This document shows, piece by piece, positions 1 to 12,075 of a DNA stretch of 64,000 bases; position 1 is the stretch's first letter, and each line of letters starts with the position of its first letter. The stretch covers positions 74,092,001-74,156,000 of the forward strand of contig CM052817.1 in assembly GCA_028534125.1 (NCBI GenBank), written 5' to 3'. This stretch comes from Lama glama. Its lineage: Eukaryota. The translations under genes were made by a program, and so were the position numbers. The notes under the pieces are model-generated. The model made no database searches, was not told the origin of the DNA, and saw only the letters and a program-made list of their open reading frames with translations.

Positions 1-210
1 CTTGAGACTTGGTCTTTTGAAAGATTAGACACATCTTGCTTCCTTTGTCATTGGTCCACCTTGTGTGTCCTTAATGGGAGACATACATACTTCCACTCCC
101 ATAGCTGAAACACTGAGTTGGAAACATCAAGGTGGCCAACTACGAAAGGTGACTTTATGCCCTGAGGGCATTTGCTGTAATAGCTGACATTTAAAGAAAA
201 AGGTATAGAT

Positions 211-432
211 TTATTAAGCACTTGCTCTGCTGGATACTTTGTGAACTTAGTCTTAGTTAATCCATTCAAACATATTATGAAGAAAATAATATTCTATCCA
301 TTTTAGGGATGAAAAACATGAGGTTTGGTGCAGAAAAGTTACAGAAAATCACATAGCTAGAAGCGGCTGATCTGGGACACATATATGGATCTGAATTGAT
401 GCTCCTGCTCCTAACCACAATGCTTACTGCTT
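211..432 (-). mobile_element. MIR SINE, degenerate
   Basis: Reverse-strand MIR core: ccattttagggatgaaaaacatgagg...aatcacatagctagaagcggctgatctggg...ctcctaaccacaatgc. Confidence 0.75.
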
Positions 433-3049
433 CCTACAATGATAACATACTGAATTTACATAGTTTTCACTATATTAAGTTAGCACTGTTTTTCTAGGCA
501 CGGGTTTTTATCTTAGGCTATATTATATCTAATATTTATTTTATATCAATCATAGGGAATTATATTTGACGCTAGAAGAATGTAGAAGGCAATATATACG
601 AAACAACTGCAAAATCTAAAATGAACACACAGCCAGACATTATTATTGGACAGTAATGGATATCTAACTTGAAAGCTTGAGCCAATGCCAAAAAATAAAA
701 TTTCACTGTCTGAACAAGAGAAATCAAAAGTTCTGCTATAAACAAGATTCCCATACAGTTTTGCTCATGTTTAGGGAGGGAATTTGGTTTTGGAAAAAAA
801 AGAACAAGTAAAGAAGGCCCCTTAGACTTAGCTAGGGGTGATTTGCCTTTGAGGATGAGGCTGACTTCAGTAACACTCTGCTTTGCCTCCCTCCTCCTCA
901 CTGGGAAAGCTTCTGGGCCTCAAAGGGGCTACAAGCCCAGTGACCCTGTACAGACGGCAGGTCTTTATTCTCTGCAACTTGTCTTAGTCCCCTAACATTT
1001 TCAAAGAAAGGCACATTTATAGAAACTTCTAGGTCGGGTTGTTTCAAAGCTGCCTTGGAGAAAGTGCCAGTGAGCCAACTAAAGACTTTAGATAAAAATC
1101 CTTACAGAAATAAAAAGAAATATATACATTTGCACTTCAGTATAAATGAAAAAAGGTAACTAACTGTTCTGAGATCTAGCCTCTGAATATTAACATAAAA
1201 AGAGGGCTAACTTTAAAAAGGTTTATAATAGTAGGGAACGTAAGTAAATTAGAAGTCTGTGATTTGCATTAAAATATTTTCTTTTATTAAGCTTATTCTT
1301 TTAAGTAGAGTTCAAAATTGCTAATAGGTCATCATCTAAGTTGACAGAGAATTAGAAAACTCAAACTGTAAACATTCATATTAGTTAAAAAAAATCCTGG
1401 AAACTACATGATGTTAAACCAAATTAAACAGGATTATTTTTCCCAATGACATTCATAAAAACAGAAATGACAAGTGGGAAAAAAGACCAAGTTACATTAT
1501 TTTAATATTTTAATTATTATTTATGGATAGGTTTCTGATTTCTTTTTGTAAAATCTGTCTATAACTGTGATACCTATGTAGACACATATTTACATATGTC
1601 TGTTGAGTCTAGCAATCTATATTACCTCTTTTCTATGAGACACGCTAATTTCATAAATGTTATTAACAGAACATAAGCTGCACTACAGAAGTGGGAAAAC
1701 CACTTTGGACACAATAAACTCAATTAGCTCAAAAAACATGCTCTCAAAAAACATCAAGCACTCACATCAATCTCCTTCACAGGGAGAGACATGTTGACCC
1801 TAGTTGGTGCAAGATTATTTTACTTCAAGACAGGTAAAAACAAGGACCCAACAACGTCCTTAAACAAAAAATAAAAGTAACAGTCTCAATAGCTGGGTTT
1901 TTTTTGTTGTTGTTGTTTGTCTTTAAATCTTTGGCTACAGTACCATTTAAGAGATGGTGCCTTTTTCCTCTCCACAGGATGGCTTACCAAACCAGATACT
2001 GCACTGTTTAAATATAGCACATTTACATAGGAACTGCTTTACTCTGAATGTTGGCAGGTAAAGGGAAAAGTGCTTGGATATACGTCATTAACTGACAAGG
2101 ACTGACTGACCTTCAACTCTTACTTTTACATTGAAAGCCCTCTGAGACCATTCAGACAAATTTGAGACCATATCGCAGACAGAGAAGAGGATGCGTAAAA
2201 TATTTACTGGTAGTCATTCTAATCTGGCAGACTAGGACAGAGTTTTCATTTCAGCACACACAGAATCTCTAATGAAACTGATTTCATTACAAGGAACTGG
2301 ATAGTTTTAAGTGACCTTTTTAACACTAATTGATTTAGAAAGTACAATTAGGTTTCTGATTTGCCTGTGCATTTTTGTACTTACTTCAACTCTCTCATTT
2401 TAGGAAAAACACGATATATGAGGGTTTGAAGGAATTAGCAACCATTTCCTCAACTGAACTCAGCTCCACTTGGCCTACCTTGGGTACTTCAATAAAACAC
2501 CAGGCCTGTAGAGAACCTGCAGGTGGAGAAGCAGGGAAATAGCGGAGACCTTGGTGTAGCAACGTAACAGACAGCAATTCTGAGTTATGACCTTTAGACA
2601 CCGTACAATTAAACAACCAGAAGCTTCCAGATGACAAATAGGGAGGCTTTACAGAACTATTGCTATAGCTCCCACCTTTGAATGGATGTAAACCCAAACT
2701 TATTCTTCCCTCCTACCTACAGCAAAGAAGTCTCCCTCCTTCCAAAATCGAAGGCTTCAAATGTGATCTGAGTTCGTTCCTGCTCTTTCCTTCTGAATCT
2801 CACTCTTCACTTTTCCCTGACTCTTGCCTTTTTCCTGGGTCATCAATATCCTCTTCTTCATTGGTTCCTTCTAATTAGCCTATAAATGAGTCTTCCATCA
2901 AAATTTATCTACCTTCATCCTCTCTCCCACTATTAACCTTTCTTCTTTTCACTAGCTCTAGCCAATGTCTCAAGGGCATTTCATATTGTGCATAAATTTA
3001 TTCCTTTTCATCTGCATCCTCATATTGTAATAGAATTACTATTTACATA

Positions 3050-3310
3050 GCCCCCATCACAGTCAAGCTAAATTCCACTTTCTCACCATAGCATCCAGTG
3101 GTTTACTACATTCTGCCAAACGCTAGCTCCAAATTTACCTCTGGACTTGATCCCTTCCTCTCCACCCCATGTTCCCCAGTTAGTGCATTATCAATGTCTT
3201 ACATCAACTACTAGACAGCCTCTTATCTCTAAATTCATCTCTACCTTCTACAAATATATTCTCCATATTGCTACTACAGTTACTGTTCTAAAATGCAGTA
3301 TGACCATAAT
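3050..3310 (+). mobile_element. L2 LINE fragment
   Basis: L2-like motifs ...caactactagacagcctctt...ctccatattgctactacagttactgttctaaaatgcagtatgaccat. Confidence 0.55.
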
Positions 3311-5499
3311 AATTTCATAAATAGCAATCTGAATAAATAAAAAGGTTTTAGAGCCCAGAAAGGACTGTGGAGATAATCTATTCTAGCACAGAATAGTGGG
3401 GCAATATTTCCAAGTGAATCAATCACTAACAGATCTGTGGTAGAACCCTAAGGTCCTGATTCCTCACCACATACATGTCAAAGCTTATTTCAAGTTTGAC
3501 TCTTGGTTTATAAGTTGAGACATTTCTTTCTCACTTCCAATACCATGCAATCAATCATTAAATGTTCTTTACAAATTATAAGGGATTTGTGAAGGCAAAT
3601 ATGCTTCAGATCTTAGAAAGATTTTGAGAAATGGGTCACTGGGAAAATCTCATCGAGAACAACATTTATCTCTGTTGACATCAACAGGAAAATGCTGAGA
3701 CTATTTGCCAACTCTCAAATTCTGTTGAATGTTAAATATGTACTCAAGAATAGCTAGAGAAGACTGTAAATGAAAATAATCACCCAATAGGCAGCAGAAA
3801 GATGCTGTCGTTCAACGCCACTGGATTTGAGAACTCCATGAAGGTTCTTGTACACCCAGTTCTACTAGGATATGTCTTCCTTTGTCAACAGCATATGGTG
3901 TGAAACACAGGGGGAAGAATTTGAAGAAAAAAATAAATGAAGCATCTGTGCATTCACTTCTTCAAGTTTTAACAGCTAATTAGGCTTTCTACAGTAATAT
4001 TTATAGATTCACAAAACTCAGGTGATAAATGTAATCATTTTTTCCCTCTGGAGAATGTAGGCTGTTAAACTACAGAGTAATGGGGTATATTCTATGCGTT
4101 TGTTGTCTTAAGGAATTTAAAACGAAGGGTAGTTGTTTATTTGAGATTACCATCCACAGCTTGGATAGAAAGAAAATAGACAGACTAATGCTATACGCCT
4201 GTATGTTAATTGCAGTGTTTTCATGCAACAACATGTAAAACAGTAATTAGAGAAACACCTCATTTGCCTGGAATCATTAGGAATGGGGATATTTTCTTAA
4301 ATTATTTTTCCAAGTAACAAACTGCTTTAAGTTTCAAAACTATTTTCATGGCTATATAAAAATATACTTGAAATACCTCCAAACTCTTAAATATACAAAA
4401 TATAATCTGTTAATGACTTGGGACCAAAATTAGGATTATAGAATTCTGGGTTCTGTACAGTTTTGGGGCTTAAGAACTGCAGAGGTGAGCAGAAAAATGT
4501 GCCCACATGCAAAGTCCTCTCAAACCATGATGTTTTTCTGGCTGTTGTTTGTTTTTCCCCCTCACTTAAAACTTGCTTATTTCCATGCTTGGTCAGGTGG
4601 CCAGCTCTTTCTTCTTATTACTGCAATCACTTTGTCAGCTCCCTATTACCCTTTGGTCTGTATTTCTCCCCTCAAATTTCCAGCTTCTAATTGCCAGAGA
4701 TTTGGATATAAGATCATAAAACTTGATAAGATACATGAAAGTCAGTATGTTTTGATGGAGGGTCTTGAGTTCTTTATGGAATAAAGTGCACTAGCTTTGG
4801 TGCATGTTTTTTAATAAAGATTTTAGTTACATTATAGACCTGTCATGCTTACTGACTTCCTAATATATGGGACTTTAAAGCCTAAACTGTATTGCTCTTT
4901 TTTTAAGAGATGTCTTGCAGGTCTCTAATTAAAATATCTTCTAAAAGCTAAAGTAATAAGATACCTAGACATCAACTACTAAATTCTTTTAATATTTTAA
5001 TTTTTGACTTTTCAAGAAAATACAAAATAGAATAAAAATCTACATTCACAGCTTCCCTAGTTTAATCTTGTTAACATGTCACCATATGGGCACATTTGTT
5101 TCCCATCTACCGTCACCTTACCTTTATTTAAGGAAGAAAAAGATTATCACTGCATTATTTTCAGAGAAGTTAGATATGCTCAGTATAGAGAATTAAAACA
5201 ATGCAGAAAAGTACAAAATAGAAGCCAAAAGAAGAAACAAAATATTCCAAATCCATAGACTAGAAATTGTGTGTGTGAATGGCAGGTGTGTGTGTGGAGG
5301 AGGGTAAAACTGATGACAGAAATTTAGAGACATTTTTAAAATTGGGACTCATCTGCTTATTAATCTTTATTCACAAAATATTGTTTAAATAAATTTGAAA
5401 TGAATAGAAGAAAAAGTAATCAAAATGAATCTTAAAAATTGTGAGCAGGTATATTTCTTAATAAAATTTTTTTTTTAGAGGCTTTTGAGGTTTTCACAA

Positions 5500-6800
5500 T
5501 TGCAATTAGAGTAATTTCTAACTACAGGCTTTAATTCAGATGGCATTAACTAACTCCCTGTTTTCAATGAGAATTAGCATTCTCATGTTCCCTTCTAATT
5601 CTCATCCCCAACTTCTCTATTTTGTTAATTACAATTTTTAAATTGGCTGGATGTAAACATTCGATTTTCCTGGTTGTCAGTAATTCTCGTAATTGTTCAG
5701 TATTCATGTCATCTCAAAGAGGATTAAATAGCCATAGCCACATCTTTCACCCGTCTTTTTCTTTCATGAATTCTTCATCTTGATTGATTTACTGGATTTT
5801 AATTTTTCAAGTAGTTCCTCCAGCCCTGCATCTCCTCCCCCACCACAGTAAGAGCCTAGTTAAATTTGTATTTTTGAAGTTTTTTTCATGTTTTAGAATT
5901 TTTACCATTTTCTTCCTCTGAAAGCATCTTACCTGGCTGGATGCCTTAGAAGAATTCTTTCGGGATCTAACAAGTCTATCAGCTTAACTAGAACACATCT
6001 CAGATTCATGTTCTGATTATAAATTTCCTGGAACATATTGTACTCTTTAACTATACAGATTCAGTTCTTCATTTTAAAGAACTTCCTTGCGTTCTATATT
6101 ATATTCTTTACTTTGGGTTTTCTATTCAGAGACACAAATTACTCGTATGTTGAATTAGCTTTAACTCTCTTCCGTATCAGATTCTCTAAAGCTACTTTAT
6201 TTTCATCTCATTCATATACACTATGATTATCATGAGTGTTTTTACCATGTCGCTAATCAGTGGTGTTTGTCAACAACCTCACATTTTGTCACTTAATTGA
6301 TAATGATGTTCATTTGGTCCTCGATTTCTTTCCTCAGGTATATGACATATCCTTTCTATCTTCCAGGCTTTGGGTTCTTACTTTATTGAATGTGGTGTTA
6401 TTAAGCTGTTCCTCAGTGTGAAGCAACTGTGAGATTTTCTTTGGGTTATATGTGTGACAGTTTTTTCTTTGGGTTCTTGCGTGTATACTAAGTTTGTTTA
6501 TTTATTTCATTTAGCTCTGGTAGGTTTGTACAATTGTTTGCCTAAGTGCTGTGTCATAGCATTTTTTGTTTTTTTTTTTATCCTCCATGTGTTTGGTCTC
6601 AGTCAAGATCTTGCACTTGCTCTGAAAGATCGTGCCTGATTTGAGTTTCTCTCTCCTTTATGTAAGACCATGTACTTTTTCTCCACCCTGAGCTACTGAC
6701 TGAAGGCTGATTGTGGTGTCTCGTAATCTACCATCTTTCTATAGCTTGGGAGACTGACAGGGAGGAGAGGGCTGCAGAGTCTGGCTGTGTGGTATGTATT
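5500..6800 (-). mobile_element. Ancient L1M/HAL1-like fragment (5'/ORF1 region, antisense)
   Basis: T-rich block with motifs such as ttcagagacacaaattactcgtatgttgaa resembling antisense ancient L1 ORF1; very decayed, family uncertain. Confidence 0.4.
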
Positions 6801-7778
6801 CTTTTGTAGAATACCTGGGTTCTACTCTAAGTTAAGGTACATGCTTTGTACCAAAGTTCAACCCAACTTACTGGGGAAAGATACCCTGTTCCCAGGAAAA
6901 GATATCCTCATGCTCTAGAGCATTTTTCCGACAGTGAAATGACGATTTCATAATGTGTCATAGTCATCCCCCTCATCCACATTTCCCCTTTCACCCATTT
7001 CTCATAGGCCTCTGCTTCTAGTACTTCTCTTTTCGAAAGGAAAGATAAGGACCCACAACGTCTATTTGTGGATATTTGTGAGAGCTATCAGGATTGGATC
7101 AATTCAGTGGTACAACTGTAGAAGTACGGAGTGGGTTTAAGAACCAAGTTAAACTATGCCTCTCTCTTCCAATTCAGAATTGTTTGTTTTTTATACTGGT
7201 GAAAAGGTTTTCAAAAGGATTGCTTTAAGTCATGGTTCATTACTTAACTGGTTCATGTTAGTTTAAAAACAAACACACAAAAACTCTTTTAGCTAGTTTT
7301 GCATATTTGGTAAGTACTGATGGGGAAAAAGCAGTTAGATTTTATGATGTACTTTCAATATGGTATCTTAAGCCAGAATTTTACTCAATCATTTAAAGAA
7401 AGACTTTTTCATAGAGATAAGAGAGAATTTAAAAGTATAAAGATATACTCAAACTATTCTGTTTCTTCTTTTTTTCCCTAAGTATTTCCAAAAAAAAAAA
7501 AAGGCAAAAAAAGCTAATATTTTAACTAAGTTTAGGAGAAAATAAGAGTTGAAAGGCTATTTTCATGTCAACTCACATCTTCTAAGATGGGAAGAGTTAT
7601 TTAAACAGGCTTGTCCTTGCCTTTCACAGAAAGCAACACTGAGCTATAGTTTGCTACTATTGTTAGAAGATTTAACTACCATTGCTACCAAATCCTTCAG
7701 TAAAATAGAGCTCATCTGAAGAATGAAAAGTAACTTTTTAAAGGAAAAATATCTTAGAAAATAAAAACTCCCTTCCTC

Positions 7779-8570
7779 AGAAATCCTCCTACACCATTGG
7801 TGGGAATGTAAATCAGTATAGCCACTATGGGAAACAGTTTGGAAGTTCTTTAAAAACTAAAATTAGGGTCACCATATGATCCAGCAATCTCACACCTGGA
7901 CATATGTCCGGAAAAGATGAAAACTCCAATTTGAAAAGATACATGCACCCCACCCCCCAATGTTCATATCAGCATTATTTACAACAGTCAGGATATGGAA
8001 GCAACCTCAGAGTCCATCAATAAATGAATGGATAAAGAAGATGTGGTTAAAAAGAAGAAGTAGTGAGATACACACACACATATACACACACACTATAGAA
8101 CATTACTCAGCCATGAAAAAGAATGAACTAATGCCATTTGCAGCAAGATGGATAGACCTAGAGATTATTCATATTAAATAAGTCAGACAGAAAAAGACAA
8201 AATAGTCTATGATATCACCTATATGTGGAATCTAAAAAACAGTACAAATGAACCTATTTACAAAACAGAGATAGACTCACAGACATAGAAAACAAACATA
8301 TGGTTACCAAAGGGGAAAGGTGGAGAAGAGGAATAAATTAGGCGTTTGGATTAACAGATACATACTACCATATGTAAAACAGATAAACAACAAAAATTTA
8401 CTATGTAGCACAGGGAACTATATTCAATATCTTGTAATAGCCTATAATGGAAAAGAATTTTTAAAAGAATATAAATATATGCATATATATGTATAACCAA
8501 ATCACTTTCCTGTATACCTGCTAACACAACATTGTAAGTCAACTATACTTCAATTAAAAAATTAAAATTT
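7779..8570 (+). mobile_element. 5'-truncated cetartiodactyl-type L1 (ORF2 C-terminus, 3' UTR, A-tail)
   Basis: ORF 7960-8181 MFISALFTTVRIWKQPQSPSINEWIKKMW matches the L1 ORF2 C-terminus; 3' UTR gcacagggaactatattcaatatcttgtaatagcctataatggaaaagaat...caactatacttcaattaaaaa; degenerate TSD aaaaactcccttcct (7763-7777) vs aaaaactctctcct (8571-8584). Confidence 0.93.
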
Positions 8571-9715
8571 AAAAACTCTCTCCTATAAGCAGGGACTACC
8601 TCTTAATTTTAACTACGGAAGAAATGGAAAAAAGCACACTATACAAATCAGGACGCAGGTCTGAGTTATGTGTACCAATCACTGACATCCTCTTCCCTCT
8701 TAAATATGATGTAAGAAAAGGCTAGTTTAAAAACATGTGTTCCATTGACTGTTTCTGAAGATAAGAGCTCTAGGAAGAAACTCTTCTGTGGGCAGGAAAG
8801 GCTACACAGGTGGTATACGATGGTTCTGGACACAATTCCTAGGATTGTTGCATCTTTTCCAGGTTGGGCAGCTCCTTTTCTCTGGAATTAGCACACCCAT
8901 TTTTCAAAGCAACATCATGTTCTCCCTTTTACTTCTCCTTAATCAAGTCCTCCCTTAGCATTCTGGAAATAGCTTGACATTTTTCAAATGGAACTTTATT
9001 AAAAAATAAATAAAAATTTTTCATTAGAATATTTACTAAAAATACAATCACTTTTAAAAAAGTCAACTTTCCAAACTATAGGCCTCCCAACCCCAGACTC
9101 CAAGTTGACGGCACAAAAGAGCTTTTATTCAACAGTTTCTTATCCTTACAGACATTTATGGCCACATTTGAATGACATAGCTGCTTAAATACCTATTTGG
9201 TTTCATTCTCTCCTAAGTCCCAGGATCCACAATGAAAGATACTATCTTATTTTCCAAAACAAGAGAGTAATCTTCTGTTCATTTTGTTCTATTTTAAGGC
9301 CAAATACCACGACCATAGTAATTAAACTTGTTTTCATTCACATTTCTTTGACACTTAGCCAATTTAAAAAACAGCAGAGAACAGCATCTTTGATGCTCTA
9401 ATGAATAATCCGATGCCTTAGATTTGGTTCTTTAACTTTGGGGATATTCTATAATAACACTCCTCAGCTGTGACCTCTAAGGACATGGCTTATATGCACA
9501 ATTGAATTTTAAAAAGAAATGGTCTTTCATAGCATGTTCATTAATTTCTGTAACGTTTTATCAACAATTTTACGATACCATAAAGATAAAATAATAATGA
9601 TAATAATAAAAAATAATAAATTTAGTTTTATATCTTTTCTTAAATCTGGATATTACCTTCAGAGATTCAGAAAAATAATTCTTCCTTTAGCTCTAATAGT
9701 TTAATACACTCTTTG

Positions 9716-9845
9716 CTGTGGTTAAGGGATCAGACTCAAAAGTAGGTCTGTTTGGGCTGAAATTCAGGTGTTAAAACTTACTATTGTGGTGCTGTAAATA
9801 ATTTACTTAACTTCATTAAGGCTTATCTGTAAAATGTTGATAACA
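9716..9845 (+). mobile_element. MIR, 5' part (split by L1)
   Basis: tgtggttaaggg...ttacttaacttc...atctgtaaaatg; continues after the L1 at 10789. Confidence 0.7.
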
Positions 9846-10788
9846 ACCGACAAAGGCTTGATCTCCAGAATATATAAGCAGCTCATACGACTCAATAAGA
9901 AAAAAATAAACAACCCAAGCCAAAAATGGGCAAAAGACCTAAACAAGCAATTCTCCAAGGAAGACATACAAATGATCAAAAAGCACANNNNNNNNNNNNN
10001 NNNNNNNNNNNNNNNNNNNNNNNNNNNNNNNNNNNNNNNNNNNNNNNNNNNNNNNNNNNNNNNNNNNNNNNNNNNNNNNNNNNNNNNNNNNNNNNNNNNN
10101 NNNNNNNNNNNNNNNNNNNNNNNNNNNNNNNNNNNNNNNNNNNNNNNNNNNNNNNNNNNNNNNNNNNNNNNNNNNNNNNNNNNNNNNNNNNNNNNNNNNN
10201 NNNNNNNNNNNNNNNNNNNNNNNNNNNNNNNNNNNNNNNNNNNNNNNNNNNNNNNNNNNNNNNNNNNNNNNNNNNNNNNNNNNNNNNNNNNNNNNNNNNN
10301 NNNNNNNNNNNNNNNNNNNNNNNNNNNNNNNNNNNNNNNNNNNNNNNNNNNNNNNNNNNNNNNNNNNNNNNNNNNNNNNNNNNNNNNNNNNNNNNNNNNN
10401 NNNNNNNNNNNNNNNNNNNNNNNNNNNNNNNNNNNNNNNNNNNNNNNNNNNNNNNNNNNNNNNNNNNNNNNNNNNNNNNNNNNNNNNAAAAACAAAGCAT
10501 AAATACAGGACAGAAATAGACTCATGGACAGAGAATACAGACTTGTGGTTACCAGGGGGGTAGAGGGTGGGAAGGGATAGACTGGGATTTCAAAATTGTA
10601 GAATAGATAAACAAGATTACACTGTATAGCACAGGGAAATATACACAAAATGTTATGATAAATCACAGAGAAAAAAAATGTGACAACGAGTGTGTATATG
10701 TCCATGAATGAGTGAAAAATTGTGCTGAACACTGGAATTTGACACAACATTGTAAAATGATTATAAACCAATAAAAATGCTAAAAAAA
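9846..10788 (+). mobile_element. Young 5'-truncated L1 with perfect 16-bp TSD; contains a 500-N gap (9988-10487)
   Basis: Open ORF2 peptide [47 protein letters not shown]; 3' UTR ends aataaaaatgctaaaaaaa; TSD taaaatgttgataaca at 9830-9845 and 10789-10804. Confidence 0.95.
9988..10487. other. Assembly gap (500 N)
   Basis: Run of exactly 500 N. Confidence 1.
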
Positions 10789-10908
10789 TAAAATGTTGAT
10801 AACAGCAACCACTTCAGACTGTTATGAAGATTAAATGAAATTATGTATTCAAGGCACTGAGTGCATAGCTAGGACATATTAAGCACTTAATTCAAGTTGG
10901 TTATCATT
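10789..10908 (+). mobile_element. MIR, 3' part (split by L1)
   Basis: gttatgaagattaaatgaaattatgtattcaaggcactgagtgcatagctaggacatattaagcacttaa matches the MIR 3' end. Confidence 0.75.
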
Positions 10909-11384
10909 AATTCTTAAACCTATACTCCAATTTCTAGAAATAAAAGGTGATTTTTTTTAAAACTCTTGTTTTAGTTTTAAAAATATATCAGTCAGCAAAA
11001 ATTAAGTGTGAAAGTAGAGGTAAAACAGTTTCCTTACAAAGAGGTTAATTTTATTGAAAGAAGAAGCTACAATCAATTGCTATGACTCTATTTTACCTTT
11101 CTGGACCTTAAGAACTTTTCAGAAAGGAAGAGAAAAAGAAAGGCCAAGGAAAGTGTTCAATTCTTACTTAGAAGGTATCTGATTTTTTTTGAAAAGCTCT
11201 GAAATTTCCAGATGAAAACAGAGCTGACACAAACAGCCCAGACTTCTCTGTAAGCTTCTGCTTCCCCTATACCAGAGCCATGTATTTTAGGAACAAAAGA
11301 GGTGATAGTAACAAAAACTGGTGTTTGCCTATACTTATCAAGAACATGATACGGCACTGGGTAATTTTCCTGTTCCTTATATAA

Positions 11385-11870
11385 AAACTGAAACTCACAC
11401 TGGCTATATTAAGTAAAAGTAGATGTATAGGGAAAGAAAGTCAGAGAAGCCAATTTTAAGTTCAGGGAAGTCTCAGAGAAACCGGAAGGTCATCTGCGTG
11501 CTCCTTTCACCCCTCTTCCCATAGAGACACATGGGCTCTTGCTCTGCTTTTCCACACATCTGCTCAAGCCTCCCTCCTTAACACTGGCTTCTTTTGGGTA
11601 ATTCCTTGTTTTTTCAACCCCCTGTGATTCTCACTTGCCCAATGGCTTTCCAAGTGTGTATTCTGACTCCAGCCCCAAATCTTTAAGAACTTACAGTTTT
11701 AGCCTCTGTCCTGGTTCCTAGTTCAGGTTAACCTCCCTCCAGATAGGTGTCCACACCTAATCCAGTAAGCTGTGTCCACAAGGACAGAATCATGTGACGT
11801 GTGTGGTGGCCCATGCTGGGGTGTGGGTAGGATATGTCCTCCAAGAACAGAACGAGGGTAGGATGGCAAT
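11385..11870 (-). mobile_element. Ancient MaLR LTR (MLT1L/M/N-like)
   Basis: aggtgtccacacctaatccagtaagctgtg...catgtgac motif and aaactcacactggctatattaagtaaaa start resemble old MLT1 LTRs. Confidence 0.45.
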
Positions 11871-11964
11871 TTGTATATAAACCATAAAACACATAAAGCA
11901 TTTAAAATCTAGGACACACATTTCCATTTAGGAGAGCGATCTCTATAACCTGTATCTATCAAGT

Positions 11965-12075
11965 TATTATTTTCATATAGCAAAGCTCACCCTTTTTAGT
12001 ATGTAGGTCTATGAGTTGACAGACACATATAGTCCCGTAAACATCACATGTGATTAAGACAGAGGTTTCCATCAA
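11965..12075 (-). mobile_element. L1MB/L1ME 3' end fragment
   Basis: caaagctcaccctttttagtatgtaggtctatgagttgacagacacatatagtc resembles an antisense old L1 3' terminus. Confidence 0.65.

Noticed and set aside
9803..10771. Long ORFs of 174-322 aa spanning the first gap
   Set aside because: Artefacts of translating 500 N; only the L1 ORF2 peptide before the gap is real
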